Positions 22,639 through 34,100 of a DNA stretch of 38,462 nt are shown one piece after another (position 1 is the first letter of the stretch; each line of letters starts with the position of its first letter). This DNA is from Folioceros fuciformis. Taxonomy: Eukaryota. Where the stretch lies: assembly GCA_049999805.1 (NCBI GenBank), contig JBNGIO010006304.1, positions 290,695 through 329,156 on the forward strand. Reading direction: 5' to 3'. A program made the position numbers and the translations under genes. The notes below the pieces were generated by a model. It was not told where the DNA came from. It saw only the letters and a list, made by a program, of their open reading frames with translations, and searched no databases.

Positions 22639-23040
22639 TGTCGGCCCTGGCACCAGTCCTCGGATGCCTTTCTATATCACGGTGGAGCAAGCTGGGACCA
22701 GATTAAACAGAGACGTGAACTAAGATTCAAACGGGCCATGCCACCCGCATCGGCCCTGAATTTGCTCGTTTCGACGGACCGCTTGCTTCATCTGATACCC
22801 TAATTTCCCTTAGAAATGTGTACAGTATATTAACAACTCTCTCACGTTTTACCTTTTGACTTTCTTGCTGAAGTCTTGTCAGCTCTTCACCTCTTCTTCA
22901 CCCCCACGAGCCTTTAACCCGAGTATGTAGTTCATGTGACGAAGAGTTTATCCAGGTATTATAGGCCTTTTTGGCCTTGGTCCTACCCGGGATGTTTCTA
23001 CTATCTTTGGAGATGTTTTTCAATAATAGTTATTATAGAT

Positions 23041-23248
23041 CAAGATCCCACAAACATAGTATGTATATTTCACAAACATAGTATCTCCATGGTGCTGGGT
23101 ATGGAATATCGATTCTGACATATCTATTTTTCAATAGTAGTCATTATAGGTCTACCTATATGGATATACAAGATCCCACAAACATAGTATATATATTTCA
23201 CAAACATAGTATCTCCATGGTGCTAGGTATGGAATACCGATTCCGACA
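23041..23248. repeat. Direct repeat, 80 bp x2 separated by 48 bp
   Basis: caagatcccacaaacatagtat...gatt(ct/cc)gaca at 23041-23120 and 23169-23248. Confidence 0.9.
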
Positions 23249-26190
23249 CGCCCTAGACATTGATTGATTTTTTTTCTAGATACGTATTTTATATGGGAAT
23301 ATATGATGGAATCTACCACAATTCCCCGTACTGAACATAGCCATGCCACGGGGCCTTCCTGTACACAGCAAAGGGACGTTTTTTTCTCATCACTTTAATA
23401 GGCATGTGGACCGATACTGACACGCACTATGTTTTTTATTTGGATTCATGCACCCTCATCATAAAAAATAAGGATGTCACACAGTGTTTTAAGATACACT
23501 ACACACATATGAAACATGTCGGGGGTTCATGGGGGTTAGGGTTTGGTAGTGTTCAAGAGATGCACCGATTGACACCGTCGTAAGGGGTCGTTTACGGTTT
23601 CGGGTTTAGGTTAGTCCACGACGTGCACACCGAAACACCTACAACAGCAACACGGTCTCTTTATACAGCTACTCCATTCAATCCAATGTGCATCCACCTG
23701 AAAAACTGGATCCTACATTCCTAAGGAACCAACCTCATATGGTCTTTCTTGCAAAATGACCAACACAAACTTTCTGCTTCATGTGCTTCCTGCATGGAAA
23801 AAGCTCTCATGGGTTTTCAAGTTGTCCAAGGATTTCGGGCCTCTACCATCCTCAATGAACAATCATTTTCAAGCCTGCATTTCCATCATATTGCAGCTTG
23901 AGGTTGCTCCAACAGTTCTGCTGCAAATGACAGCTGAAGAATTGCAGGTAAAAGAAGCCACAACAGCAATGACAGCTGCTCTTACAGGGTTCACAAAAAC
24001 ATCAAGTTCATTAAGCTGGACCATAGATGCAAGAAGGCAACCTACAGTACCTTCCACAAAACATCTATAGACTACAAGCGCTACTGCTACAAGAGCAGTC
24101 TACCAACAGCAGATTCACAAGAAACTCCAGAGGTTCACCATCTCTGCAGCACCAAGGCTAGTGCCTTTAACCTATCTACACCTCTAGACCCTGCACGCCA
24201 CATGCATCCCTAAACCTCACGATCGCTAGCACGAGAGGCAGCTTCTACATCTGCTACACAATCCCGTATGTTTGCCCTCAGCTTGCGCAAATTATTTTCT
24301 AGCGACTCCACCAAGACTAGGCTGTTGTGCAAAGCATGCACCGCATCTACTAGGGTGTTTGCGACATTGCCTCCGTTACTGCCTCCTTCTGTTGCTTGTT
24401 GCCCTTGTCTGCCTTGTCTTGCGGCACCTCGCCATGGACGCACAGGAGTGTCATCCTTCTCCTCTGTAGAGGAGCACACCTCAGAGTAGGAGAGCTCGCG
24501 CAGCCGCTTCTATACCCTCCTCGTTGGTGGGATGCTAGACTTAAAACTTCAATCTACATCACCACCCCCCTGGCCGTCCTGCCTTGCATCATTGCCTAAG
24601 ATCCCTCGGGGACCTCCTCCGCCAACTGCTATGTGTCTCGCAATACTCGCCTCCACCGCATCGAGCTCCATCTGCAAAACTCGGCGTTCTTCCCCTCCTA
24701 AGCTAGGTCTAGCAAGCTTCCGGCGTCTAGGATTGAGACGTGTCAGAAAGAAAAATATCTAACTATCGACCAAAAGCTAAGAAAACCCTTAGTACACACT
24801 GCATTGTCTCTATCGAGACACCCAAATGGCTGCCGACTTCCGATGTGGGCAGGTTTGTGATGCCCAAACATTTGGACCATATACGGAGGGCCAAAACATT
24901 CTATCAAACAACCCTTGACCGTACCGATATTCCATAGCTGGGCTTGGTTGAAGCTGATTGATTACTTAGATCTTCAAACCACAGCAACTATGGATTGCAT
25001 AGGAGAACCTTACTATTGGATTGGCTTCTTGCCTCAAAACTCTTGGTACATGGCTATCTCGTTGTTTAATTGCTTTGGTGCCTCAAAATTGGAGGCCACG
25101 CTCCCTCTTTCAAAGGCCTTGTCAAGGAAGTTCCATACACTAATTTTTTCATACATATAAAAAATATTTTCAAAGAAAAATATTTATTAATAACATTATA
25201 TGCAAGTATTAAAATTCAATAGTTCTAATAAAATAAGCTGAAAATATTTTTTTAATCATAACATAGGCGGTAAAGACGTTTTCTGGGAAACGAGGTGGAT
25301 GGATCGCCACTTTTGGCAATATCACGGACTCAAAGGACCTTTTTCTTGTTTTTGGTGTTTTTGAAATATGCCACATTTCTTCCGGGCATCGGGCCAGGAA
25401 ACGCGTGGCTTTGCGAGCGCTCCATTGCAATCCAGAGTACCCAGCCAAGCCCTGGAATTTGCATTGCCCGGTCCATGGATGCAAACTTCACCACGCTTCA
25501 GCGTAATCGTTCCCGGTGCTGATTGTTCCCATCGTGGTGCTGCCTTGCAAGAGAAACACAAGGCGGCAACTCCTGCAACCCCGAGAAGACGTCAAATACC
25601 TCGGTTGTGGTTCACTAGAATCTTCCTTCAGTTTGCCTGCCGGAGAATAGTAAGGAGACGCAACAAACGTCGAGACCTACGAGGAATGGCAAGGCCACGG
25701 TTGTAGGCACTGAAGGTGTCACCAGGAAGCTGTGGAAGCCTCCATGAGGGTACGGTAGAGAAATTCGACAGGAAACAGTACTCCAAACGTGCAGAGGAGA
25801 TGGCATCAAGACGTGCTGCTGACTAACAAGGTTTGTTATCAGAGAAGAGAATCCCTGCGGTGACAGAACGTCACATAGCTTATTCCCCCCCGGCAAGGAA
25901 TGGTTCTGAGGTCTTCGCCAACATCTTTCCGGACAACGCACACGGCGTGGTTCAGATAAAGTTCATGTCAGAGGCTCCTTTCAATCTTCAAATTTTGAAC
26001 GCGGCAAAAATTTGAATGTCACGACGTTTAAAAAGAGGCGCGCATTTCGCTCCTATAGAGCGAGCCTGAGTGCGCTTTGGAGCCCATTTCGCTTGACGAG
26101 CTCGCGCTGTGCCCGGTGTTGCTGTGCGGAGTCGTAGGGTTGTGTCCGCACTTACGCTTGTGTGAGAGAGTGGGGCGTAGTGCGGACATC

Positions 26191-26661
26191 ATGTCGGGAC
26201 GAGGCAAGGGACCGAAAAGCAAGTCGGTTACGAAGAGCACCAAGGCGGGCCTGCAGTTCCCGGTGGGGCGCATAGCCCGGTATCTCAAGGCCGGGAGGTA
26301 TGCTAAGCGGGTGGGGGCCGGAGCCCCGGTCTATCTGGCTGCCGTGTTGGAGTACTTAGCTGCGGAGGTGCTCGAGCTGGCTGGAAATGCGTCGCGGGAC
26401 AATAAGAAGTCGAGGATCATCCCTCGTCACATTCTGTTGGCCATCAGGAACGACGAGGAGTTGAGCAAGTTGCTCAAGGGAGTCACAATAGCTGACGGTG
26501 GTGTGCTGCCCAATATTCAGGCGGTGCTGCTGCCGAAGAAGACTGGTGCCGGCGTTGTCGCTGACTCCAAGGATGGGGCTACGAAGGCAACTCCTTCTCC
26601 GAAGAAGGCCACGCCGAAAAAGGCCAAAGCGGCTGCTGCTGCTGCCACCCCCGAGAAGTGA
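26191..26661 (+). CDS. H2A: Histone H2A variant with extended SPKK/TPKK tail (H2A.W/H2A.M-like), intronless
   Basis: ATG 26191. [61 protein letters not shown], then tail [24 protein letters not shown]. Confidence 0.97.
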   Translation: MSGRGKGPKSKSVTKSTKAGLQFPVGRIARYLKAGRYAKRVGAGAPVYLAAVLEYLAAEVLELAGNASRDNKKSRIIPRHILLAIRNDEELSKLLKGVTIADGGVLPNIQAVLLPKKTGAGVVADSKDGATKATPSPKKATPKKAKAAAAAATPEK

Positions 26662-27627
26662 TTTCTCGACGTCTCACGGCTTATGGTGTTTGTCAACACC
26701 ACCTGCGCCTGAAATTTGTTTGCTCTTTGTAGATAAGGTTCACAAAGGGGCTTTTGGGATGTGAGGCATTCAGAAGATGTGGTACTCCCAGGTTGAACAT
26801 GTTTAGGGGTAGCCAGGAGTACTACGTGTAAGCTAACCTGTGTGCAGGAGTGTCCAAATTCGTAAGAATGTTGATTGAAATCAGGACGCATCTGTAAATT
26901 TTAATCCTTATGCAAATCGTGCAGGCTGAGGTACAAGGCTTTGAATTCCACCTCTTGATGAAAGTCATAAAACTGTCTCAGTGTGCCACATGCTAGTATA
27001 TCTATATGAGCGCTTGTCCATTCGACCTCTCCCAGTATGGTAGGTTGCTGTTGATGACTGACGAATGGCAGGTAATCACTCCCTAGCCCCTGCGATTCCC
27101 TTTTCCTTCATGTTCAAATAAATTGCTTGGGCGAGTGATACACCTTCCCAGTTTATTGCCAGAGTCATCTACCCTTCCGCAGGCTGACAATATGTCATAG
27201 TACCACCTATGGGCGTATAGAGGCCTGCGTCCTATGGATCACATACGCGCTTAATGAATACCATTGCGCTTACTGAATACCTGTACGCTTATTTCTACTT
27301 TCCCCTGACAATACAGAGGAGCATATGATGTGTTAACCATTACCAGTGAACAGGAACTTGCAGAATGTACCCTGATTTTTGTTTCTATCGCCACTGATTG
27401 AACTCCGCCTTGATGAATATGACTTACAGCTGGTCAATTTGTTCTTAGAAATGTGGCACCCAACTTTTGTTCCAAACCGCCGTAGGAGAAGTGGAGTGAA
27501 AAGCCTTGAACATAGAAAGTACCACAGGTCAGATTTATCCCCATTTTAGAATGTCACATAGAGACCCTTGTCATTTGTCAATTCCAGATTGTGAGAAAGC
27601 AAAATCCACCTGTTATACACCAGTATA

Positions 27628-29198
27628 CTACCATCGGCGTCGAGCTTTCCTTCTACAATCGAAACAAGCTGTTGAGCGTTTGACTGGGATACTATCTAAT
27701 CGACCGCCTGAAACTTGCTCAATCTTCTGGCCACTGGACTTCAGAGACCGAATTAGAAAGGCATGATCTTCCCTCAACTCTTCAATTTGCTTCTGATGTC
27801 TGAGAAGCTGCAGAGCAGAAAGTTAATTTGCTGCAGTTAATAGCTTGTCCAAGCACCGTTACTGGATACTCACTGTGCGAAGAATCTCATTCTCTGTTCG
27901 CAATGCCTCCATCTGGTAGATAAAACGGGGTTGGTGCATCTTCTGAGGAAACTAGTCAAAAACAATCTTAGACAATGACGGACACCTACCTGGGAAATGT
28001 CGGTCTTGGTTTCAGAAACGTTTGAAGTTTCCTCGAGAGTACTTCGGCTGGAACTTCTCCTGAGCAAGCTGTTGGGGCCCGAATGCTCTCTATCTGACTC
28101 TGTTGTAGCTGAGACGGCTTGTACCAGTGGCGCAGACTGTAGGTTGGTGATCACAGCATTGGATGTATTTCTTGGACTATTCTCCGAAGATACGGGGAGA
28201 TTTCCAACCACTCGGAACCGACTGGCTAGCGCTTCGAGTCTGTCCTGGAAGAGTAAAGACAACAATCTGGTTGATAAGGTGTAATATCATTCTAGACGCA
28301 CGGCCGAGGCGCTGATAAATGGGACTGGGCAAGACTGCAGCAGTTGGCTGTGCAACACAAAAAGGAGACCTGAAGAAACAGCATAAGTTGTTGCGACACT
28401 CCAGGTTTCAAGGCTATACCTGTCAGCAATAGAAGTGTGCTGTCAAACATTCTCCTCAACTTCCCCACGTCTATGTATGAAGTGGAGGAGCTCGAGATCA
28501 GCTTAGATAAAACCATCAGTAGGACAAACGTGCATTACCATAGCAAATATGAGTGGATCGACTAAATGCGGCACGCTCGTTCACTCAGAGCCTAGTAAAG
28601 TAGGCAATGCTCATGTACGTCGCTTACCAGCACCAAAACCATATCCAACCCCTACTCCACATCCAACACCAGCTTCCAGCTTCTTGATTCCTAACCGCTT
28701 AATCTGCCACAGCTCAGAAGCAGCTACAGCTCCACAGATTAGAAGCAGCTACCACGATATTTGTCACGTATCTACAGTCTGCAGAATAGAGGCAGTCGAT
28801 AAATAAAGAAACCTAAACGCGGTGCCCCCACCAGTCTCTGGACTTGGTAGCCGGTGTTTCCAAATGAACGAGTGAGGCTCCCGCTGCCAGACAAGGCTTG
28901 CCCAATAACGGGTACTTGCCCTGAGGTTGAATGCAAGAAAAATAAGGCAAGAAAGATGGCATCCAACGAATGCCCGTACTCAAGGTTCACGCAGCTGCCA
29001 AGATCAAGCATCCACCAATCACCAGCATCAAGTAGTACCTAAGTTGATAGGTCGGCCCACACCGATACCAACACCACAACCAATTCCGAACCCGGTCATA
29101 ACCTGCCCAATTCGTAGCACGAATGGATTGCGGAAATGTAGCCTGAAAGTGTTGGGCTCCACAGTTGCTGAAGGCTGGGTGGCCGCGTCAGCCGCCAT
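27628..29198 (-). CDS. Conserved uncharacterised plant protein with Gly-rich GxGCGVG repeats, C-terminal coiled coil and CxxC-basic end, 7 exons
   Basis: Exons 29198-29039, 28920-28832, 28703-28628, 28419-28370, 28244-27990, 27912-27874, 27807-27628 splice in frame with GT-AG. Reads NPF..GQVMTGFGIGCGVGIGVG, EAGVGCGVGVGYGFGAGIALKPG, LRTENEIL..LLRHQKQIEEL, CFDCRRKARRRW*. Confidence 0.85.
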
Positions 29199-29495
29199 GC
29201 TGTTCCGCTGGTAGTAGGGGCGAAACTTCACCAGACGAACTCTCAAGATGGAACAGTCAGTATATCAGGCTGCCGTTTCGGAACTTGGCACTACCGACAC
29301 GCAGACGTACATGTACATACCACCCGTTTTCATTACCGACGCGTGTTGCCGGTTTGGGCCAGCCAAGCGAGCAGTCGCCACCTCAGCCCTTTGCGTTATG
29401 TCCGTGTCAATTGCGCGAGACGGTGGCACGTTGAGGACTCCAAAATCTAGATCATACGATCTTCATCTGAGAGTGGGAACAAATCGTGCTGTGAA

Positions 29496-30200
29496 ATGCA
29501 TTTGAAGGGAAGAAGGCACGCGGGGGAAAGGGGGCTGGGTGTCGAGCTTTTTGCTGTCTTGTTGCTGTTGCAATTCCAATTGCAGGCGGCGATGGCGGAA
29601 AACCTGGTGGGAGGTAGATCCCCGGTATCGAATGCGGAGAACAGTTTGGATATGGAGAATCTAGCCGAATTCGCGGTGTCGGAGCACAATCTCAAGGGCG
29701 TGGGGAGGCTGTGCTTCTCCAAGGTGTTGTCGGCGGAGCAGCAAGTGGTGCAAGGCATCATGTACTACCTGACGTTGGAGGCGGTGCCGGAAGGACAGAA
29801 CGGGGAGAAAGAAGTTTGGGAGGCCAAGGTGTGGTGCAAGCCCTGGGAGAAGTCGAGGCAGTTGCAAGACTTCAAGTTCCTGCGCAAGTGGAGGGGTGAC
29901 GGGGGAACGTGCGTCCCAGAGGAGAACAAGCACGGTCTGCGCCTGGTTGGCAACGACGATCCTGCAGTGCAAGAGGCCGCGGAGCAGGCTCTCAAGTCCT
30001 TGCAACAGAGGTCCAACTCTCTCATACCTTACGAACTGCAGCATGTGGTGTCGGCCCATGCCGAGGCGGGCGAGAATCTCACCAAGTTTGAATTGCTACT
30101 TAGAGTGAAAAGGTCTTTCGAGCAGAATATCAAGGCGGAACTACAGAGAACTGCGGAAGGAGTGTGGAGCGTGAAGGCTCTCACCGAGGATCCTCATTGA
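29496..30200 (+). CDS. C-terminally extended phytocystatin (cysteine protease inhibitor), intronless
   Basis: Signal-peptide-like N-terminus, LVGG, LAEFAV (LARFAV motif), QVVQG (QxVxG), KPW, and a second domain containing SNSL. Confidence 0.93.
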   Translation: MHLKGRRHAGERGLGVELFAVLLLLQFQLQAAMAENLVGGRSPVSNAENSLDMENLAEFAVSEHNLKGVGRLCFSKVLSAEQQVVQGIMYYLTLEAVPEGQNGEKEVWEAKVWCKPWEKSRQLQDFKFLRKWRGDGGTCVPEENKHGLRLVGNDDPAVQEAAEQALKSLQQRSNSLIPYELQHVVSAHAEAGENLTKFELLLRVKRSFEQNIKAELQRTAEGVWSVKALTEDPH

Positions 30201-31110
30201 GAGATCTATCTCCGGCTAGCCAGGGTTTCGGTCGTCGACTCATGTAATTTGTAATCTGATGTAGGCGCTGAGAGTGATGCATAACTGTGGCATCATTCTG
30301 GTAGGGTTCAACAACAGAATTGTGAGGGGACACGGGGAGAGTTGTCACCTAGCGAGAATACCCTATGTAGGAAACTGAGAAGCTTGAATATGGCAGAGGT
30401 GCGTGAAGGCCGCAGCTAGCTGGTTACCGCCGCGGTAGCCGACGCATTCCACAACTATCGTGTACTTAGGAAGGCTAGTAATTGCCTCGACGGACAAAAT
30501 ACTTACTTACTGGTCACTTTATGAAATCTGGCTCTTTAAGAAAAGCTTTACGCAGGGCTTGCACGAAGTAATTTAAAAAATAAAAATAAATTGCAAATCT
30601 CGTCTTTTTCAGACGTCGACTCTAAATTGTCACAAATGCCGATTCACGCCGGTCTAAAACGGCAACATCCTACAACCACACGCAGGTCGCATAATGTGGC
30701 AAACTTTTTAGAATACACCTGTCCCAACCATCACCGTCGCGGCAGACTGGCAGCTCTCGTCAGTGAATTATCCCTTTGCCGAGTGTCTGTCAGCTGCTGG
30801 GTAGCAGAAGATGATGGTCTGTGTCTCTCCTCTTTCCCTGGCGGACCTGATATATTCGACCTTGACTTCCTCTCAAATTTTGGAGAAAGAGGACGGCCAC
30901 TTCGGCCCTCGCCGGTGGTCTGAGGCGCGACACTTTGTTGGCTGACATACGTCTTCCGTAAACCTGGTACAAAGAAACAGCTCTTTCGATCATAAGTTTT
31001 ACAAACAGAAACATCGTTCCTGGTATTATCATCAACTGTCCTGGTCGAGGGTCCCAAGTGTCATGCGCATGCACCTACGTACGAAGATACTTAAACAGTC
31101 TAACTCGCAC

Positions 31111-34100
31111 TTAGTGTCCTCTCACTAACCCTGCGCTGTGATCAAGCATTGTCACGGATCGTCCGAATCTCCATAAGTGTTTCATGACTCACACACACCT
31201 TCATTGTGGCTCATAATTCCTGAAAATGAGACTCTCCTCTGGAAAAACCAACAACCTCATTGAGCATTGAGACATCCCCTTCCGGCTAATTCAAGTCTGT
31301 ACTTCGTTCACGCCAGCCAGTTTTCAAACCTCACTTCTGCTGCATCAAGATTTGGAACTGTAGGCAAATGTCTTACAGTCGGGGTCGTAAAGTGACTTAC
31401 CCATGCTGTCGTCAGGCCTGCTGGTGAAAATAGGTTTAAGGAAATTCTCGTCAATCACGGTGAAGGAGGTGCTGCCATCAAGAAAGCAGTCCGCTAGTAA
31501 TCAGTAACAAGTGCACAAATACAGCATCTCAGGATAAAGGAAACTTTTCTCAGGATCAATACGAAGAGCATCCCGCTACCTCCGCCGAAGCTCCTGAAAC
31601 TTCTTATGTAAAGCATGAGGAGGGCTGCCACCGTCACTTTCGTTATCGTAGGTGCTCAAAGGTACGCTTTCCTCGTGTACTCCCTGCCAAGTAACACGAG
31701 AGAGCTCAGCTCACTTAAGCGAGCTTCCCTTTGGATTCGCCATGAAAGCCAGCTTTGCGTTAGAGAGCATAAGAGCAAAAGAACTTGCAAAGGACCAAAC
31801 CTCTCCACCTCCCATATTTTGACCCTCTGTGGGAGCCACTTCCAGCTTCTCCAGCATTGTGGATGTCGAACCGCCAATGGCAAGCACCTACATTGACCAC
31901 CATACATCAGAGATTGAACAGACCCTCAAAAAAATTAGATAAAAGAGAAATCGACACACATCTGACCGTTAAAATGACCACAGATGTTGTTGTGGTGAAA
32001 ATTGTCCCTCCAGGACCTAAACCTAGGTCATGCTTTGATTGCAAGGCTAGTGCGAATGCCATAGCACCTCTCAATCCTGTCCATTGAATCACAACACATG
32101 ACTAGTATTTTCCTCATTGAAATGCGAACTGGTAAATTCGACAAACGCGCAGAAGACATTGGACATAATATTTCCACTTTGAGTGCTTACCGCTAAACCA
32201 CAGAGCCTTCTGATGCTTCAAGGGAATTCGTCTGGATACGGGGCGCAGCAAGTTCACAAGGTATGCAGAAGGGAATACATTTGCAGCCCTGAAAGCCAGA
32301 CCACACCACATCACGTATCTAATTCAGCAAATTTTGCACCGGCTAACTGCATCACAACGGCCGCAACCACCCCACATATGTACACGTGCTAAAGAAACAC
32401 CATTTGCAGAATGACAACCAGTGTCTTCATACCTTGCTACGAAAATCACGACCTGAACAACACGATTGTCTGTCAAAGAGACAAAATCGGTACTTTTGGT
32501 AGTAAAGCTGAAAGAGATAGCAAACATAAGTTGATCGGAAAGGATACCATGGCAAAGAGAATAAATCCAAAGTGTGACCAGCTGTGCTTTTCAATTGCTA
32601 TATCAGCACCCATATATATAAAGCTGCAAAGATCAAACCATTTATTTGGTTAAAAGGCCTCAGGCTTGTATTACAGCAGTTACAACCCAGCAAATAACCA
32701 CAGAACATTTGAACGAGTTGGAGGACCACCCAGAACGCACACAAATGTTTCAGCCAGTGATGATATAAGCTGGAAAAACCCTGCTGTGAATACTTGGGCA
32801 TTTTCCGACAGATTTGGTAGCGTGTAATGTTTCATTGTCTGGAGAGATAGCAGCTTAACTCAGGACCAAGACCATTACTCCTCATCATGGAAAACGGAAT
32901 TACGCAACCTTGCATCGAGAGGTGCACTGTAGTTCGTGACTCACAATTCCACAAAAGAGTATGGAAACTATTCCTGAAAGACCAACCGATTCAGCAACCA
33001 TGTATCTGCAGTCACACAGCGTGCTAGTGAGTCCCAAATATGTAAAAGACTTGTCCTACGATTCTTAATACCTTTAATGATCAAAAGACCAGAATTAATT
33101 GATGTTCCAAGTTGCTTGCTGGCTTACGAGAAGTAAGGGAAGAGCACAATTAGACAGCATTCCAGATTCTGAAGGCTGCACACAAAAGGCAAATCTTGCA
33201 CTTAGCACGGCGCTCACTTCAGCAGAACAAGGACTGAATCGGATTCAAGGTCACTACATAATGAGCATTCTGTAGCACCAAATTTCTTCTGGCTTTTGAA
33301 GCAGATGCATGAAGAAGGATTCAGCATCCAAGCAGAAGGCAAAAGGACGTGGAGCACCACCTACTTGTTCACAGCCAGCCCAGCATACTTGAACAAGTGC
33401 TCTTCAGTCAAGGCTTTCAAATTGTGGGCCTAAGGTATACAGGAAACGGGAGGTACATCTATTAGCCTAGAAGGATATTAGAGCACAGGTCAGCGCAACT
33501 CCGACACCTACAGAATTCAGGTACAAATGATTAGCCAGTTCCACCCGATTGAGTTCCACAATACACAAACATTTGAACAGTAGTGTTTGAGGACCTGCAG
33601 ACATTGATCCCACAAACGTTTCCATAAATCTCCAAATCAACAAAGGTATCCCATGGGACGCACTGGGTTGCTTGTGGACCAACATCAAGGTTCTGTAATC
33701 ACACAGATTGGTGAACGAGTCAGGCAGCACAATGGAAAGAAAGAATTGAATGTGCTGTGCAGACAGTCCACCTTCTTCACTGAGGCAAATGAGGAAGGAC
33801 AGATGATTCTGTTGAGGAAAATCTGAGATAATCACCTGTACAATGACATTGCCACCTGTAGAAGAAGCACATCACAATCAGCTTGTGACAAGTGCATTTC
33901 AATCTACCTAAGAGCAAGTCCTGATAGCGGAGGGAACCAATCAGGCTAGTATACATACCGCATCGTTCAAAACAGACTCGCCAAATACTAACGCGTAAAG
34001 ATTACTGTCGATTCCTAGCTCCTGGAAAAAGAAAAAATAAAAATAAAAATTCAGTCATGGGGTCACCTGCAAATTCTAGATCAACATCAAGCCAGAGGAC

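Noticed and set aside
26077..26190. 38-aa N-terminal extension of H2A in the ORF track
   Set aside because: It begins at TTG; the canonical MSGRGK start is the ATG at 26191.
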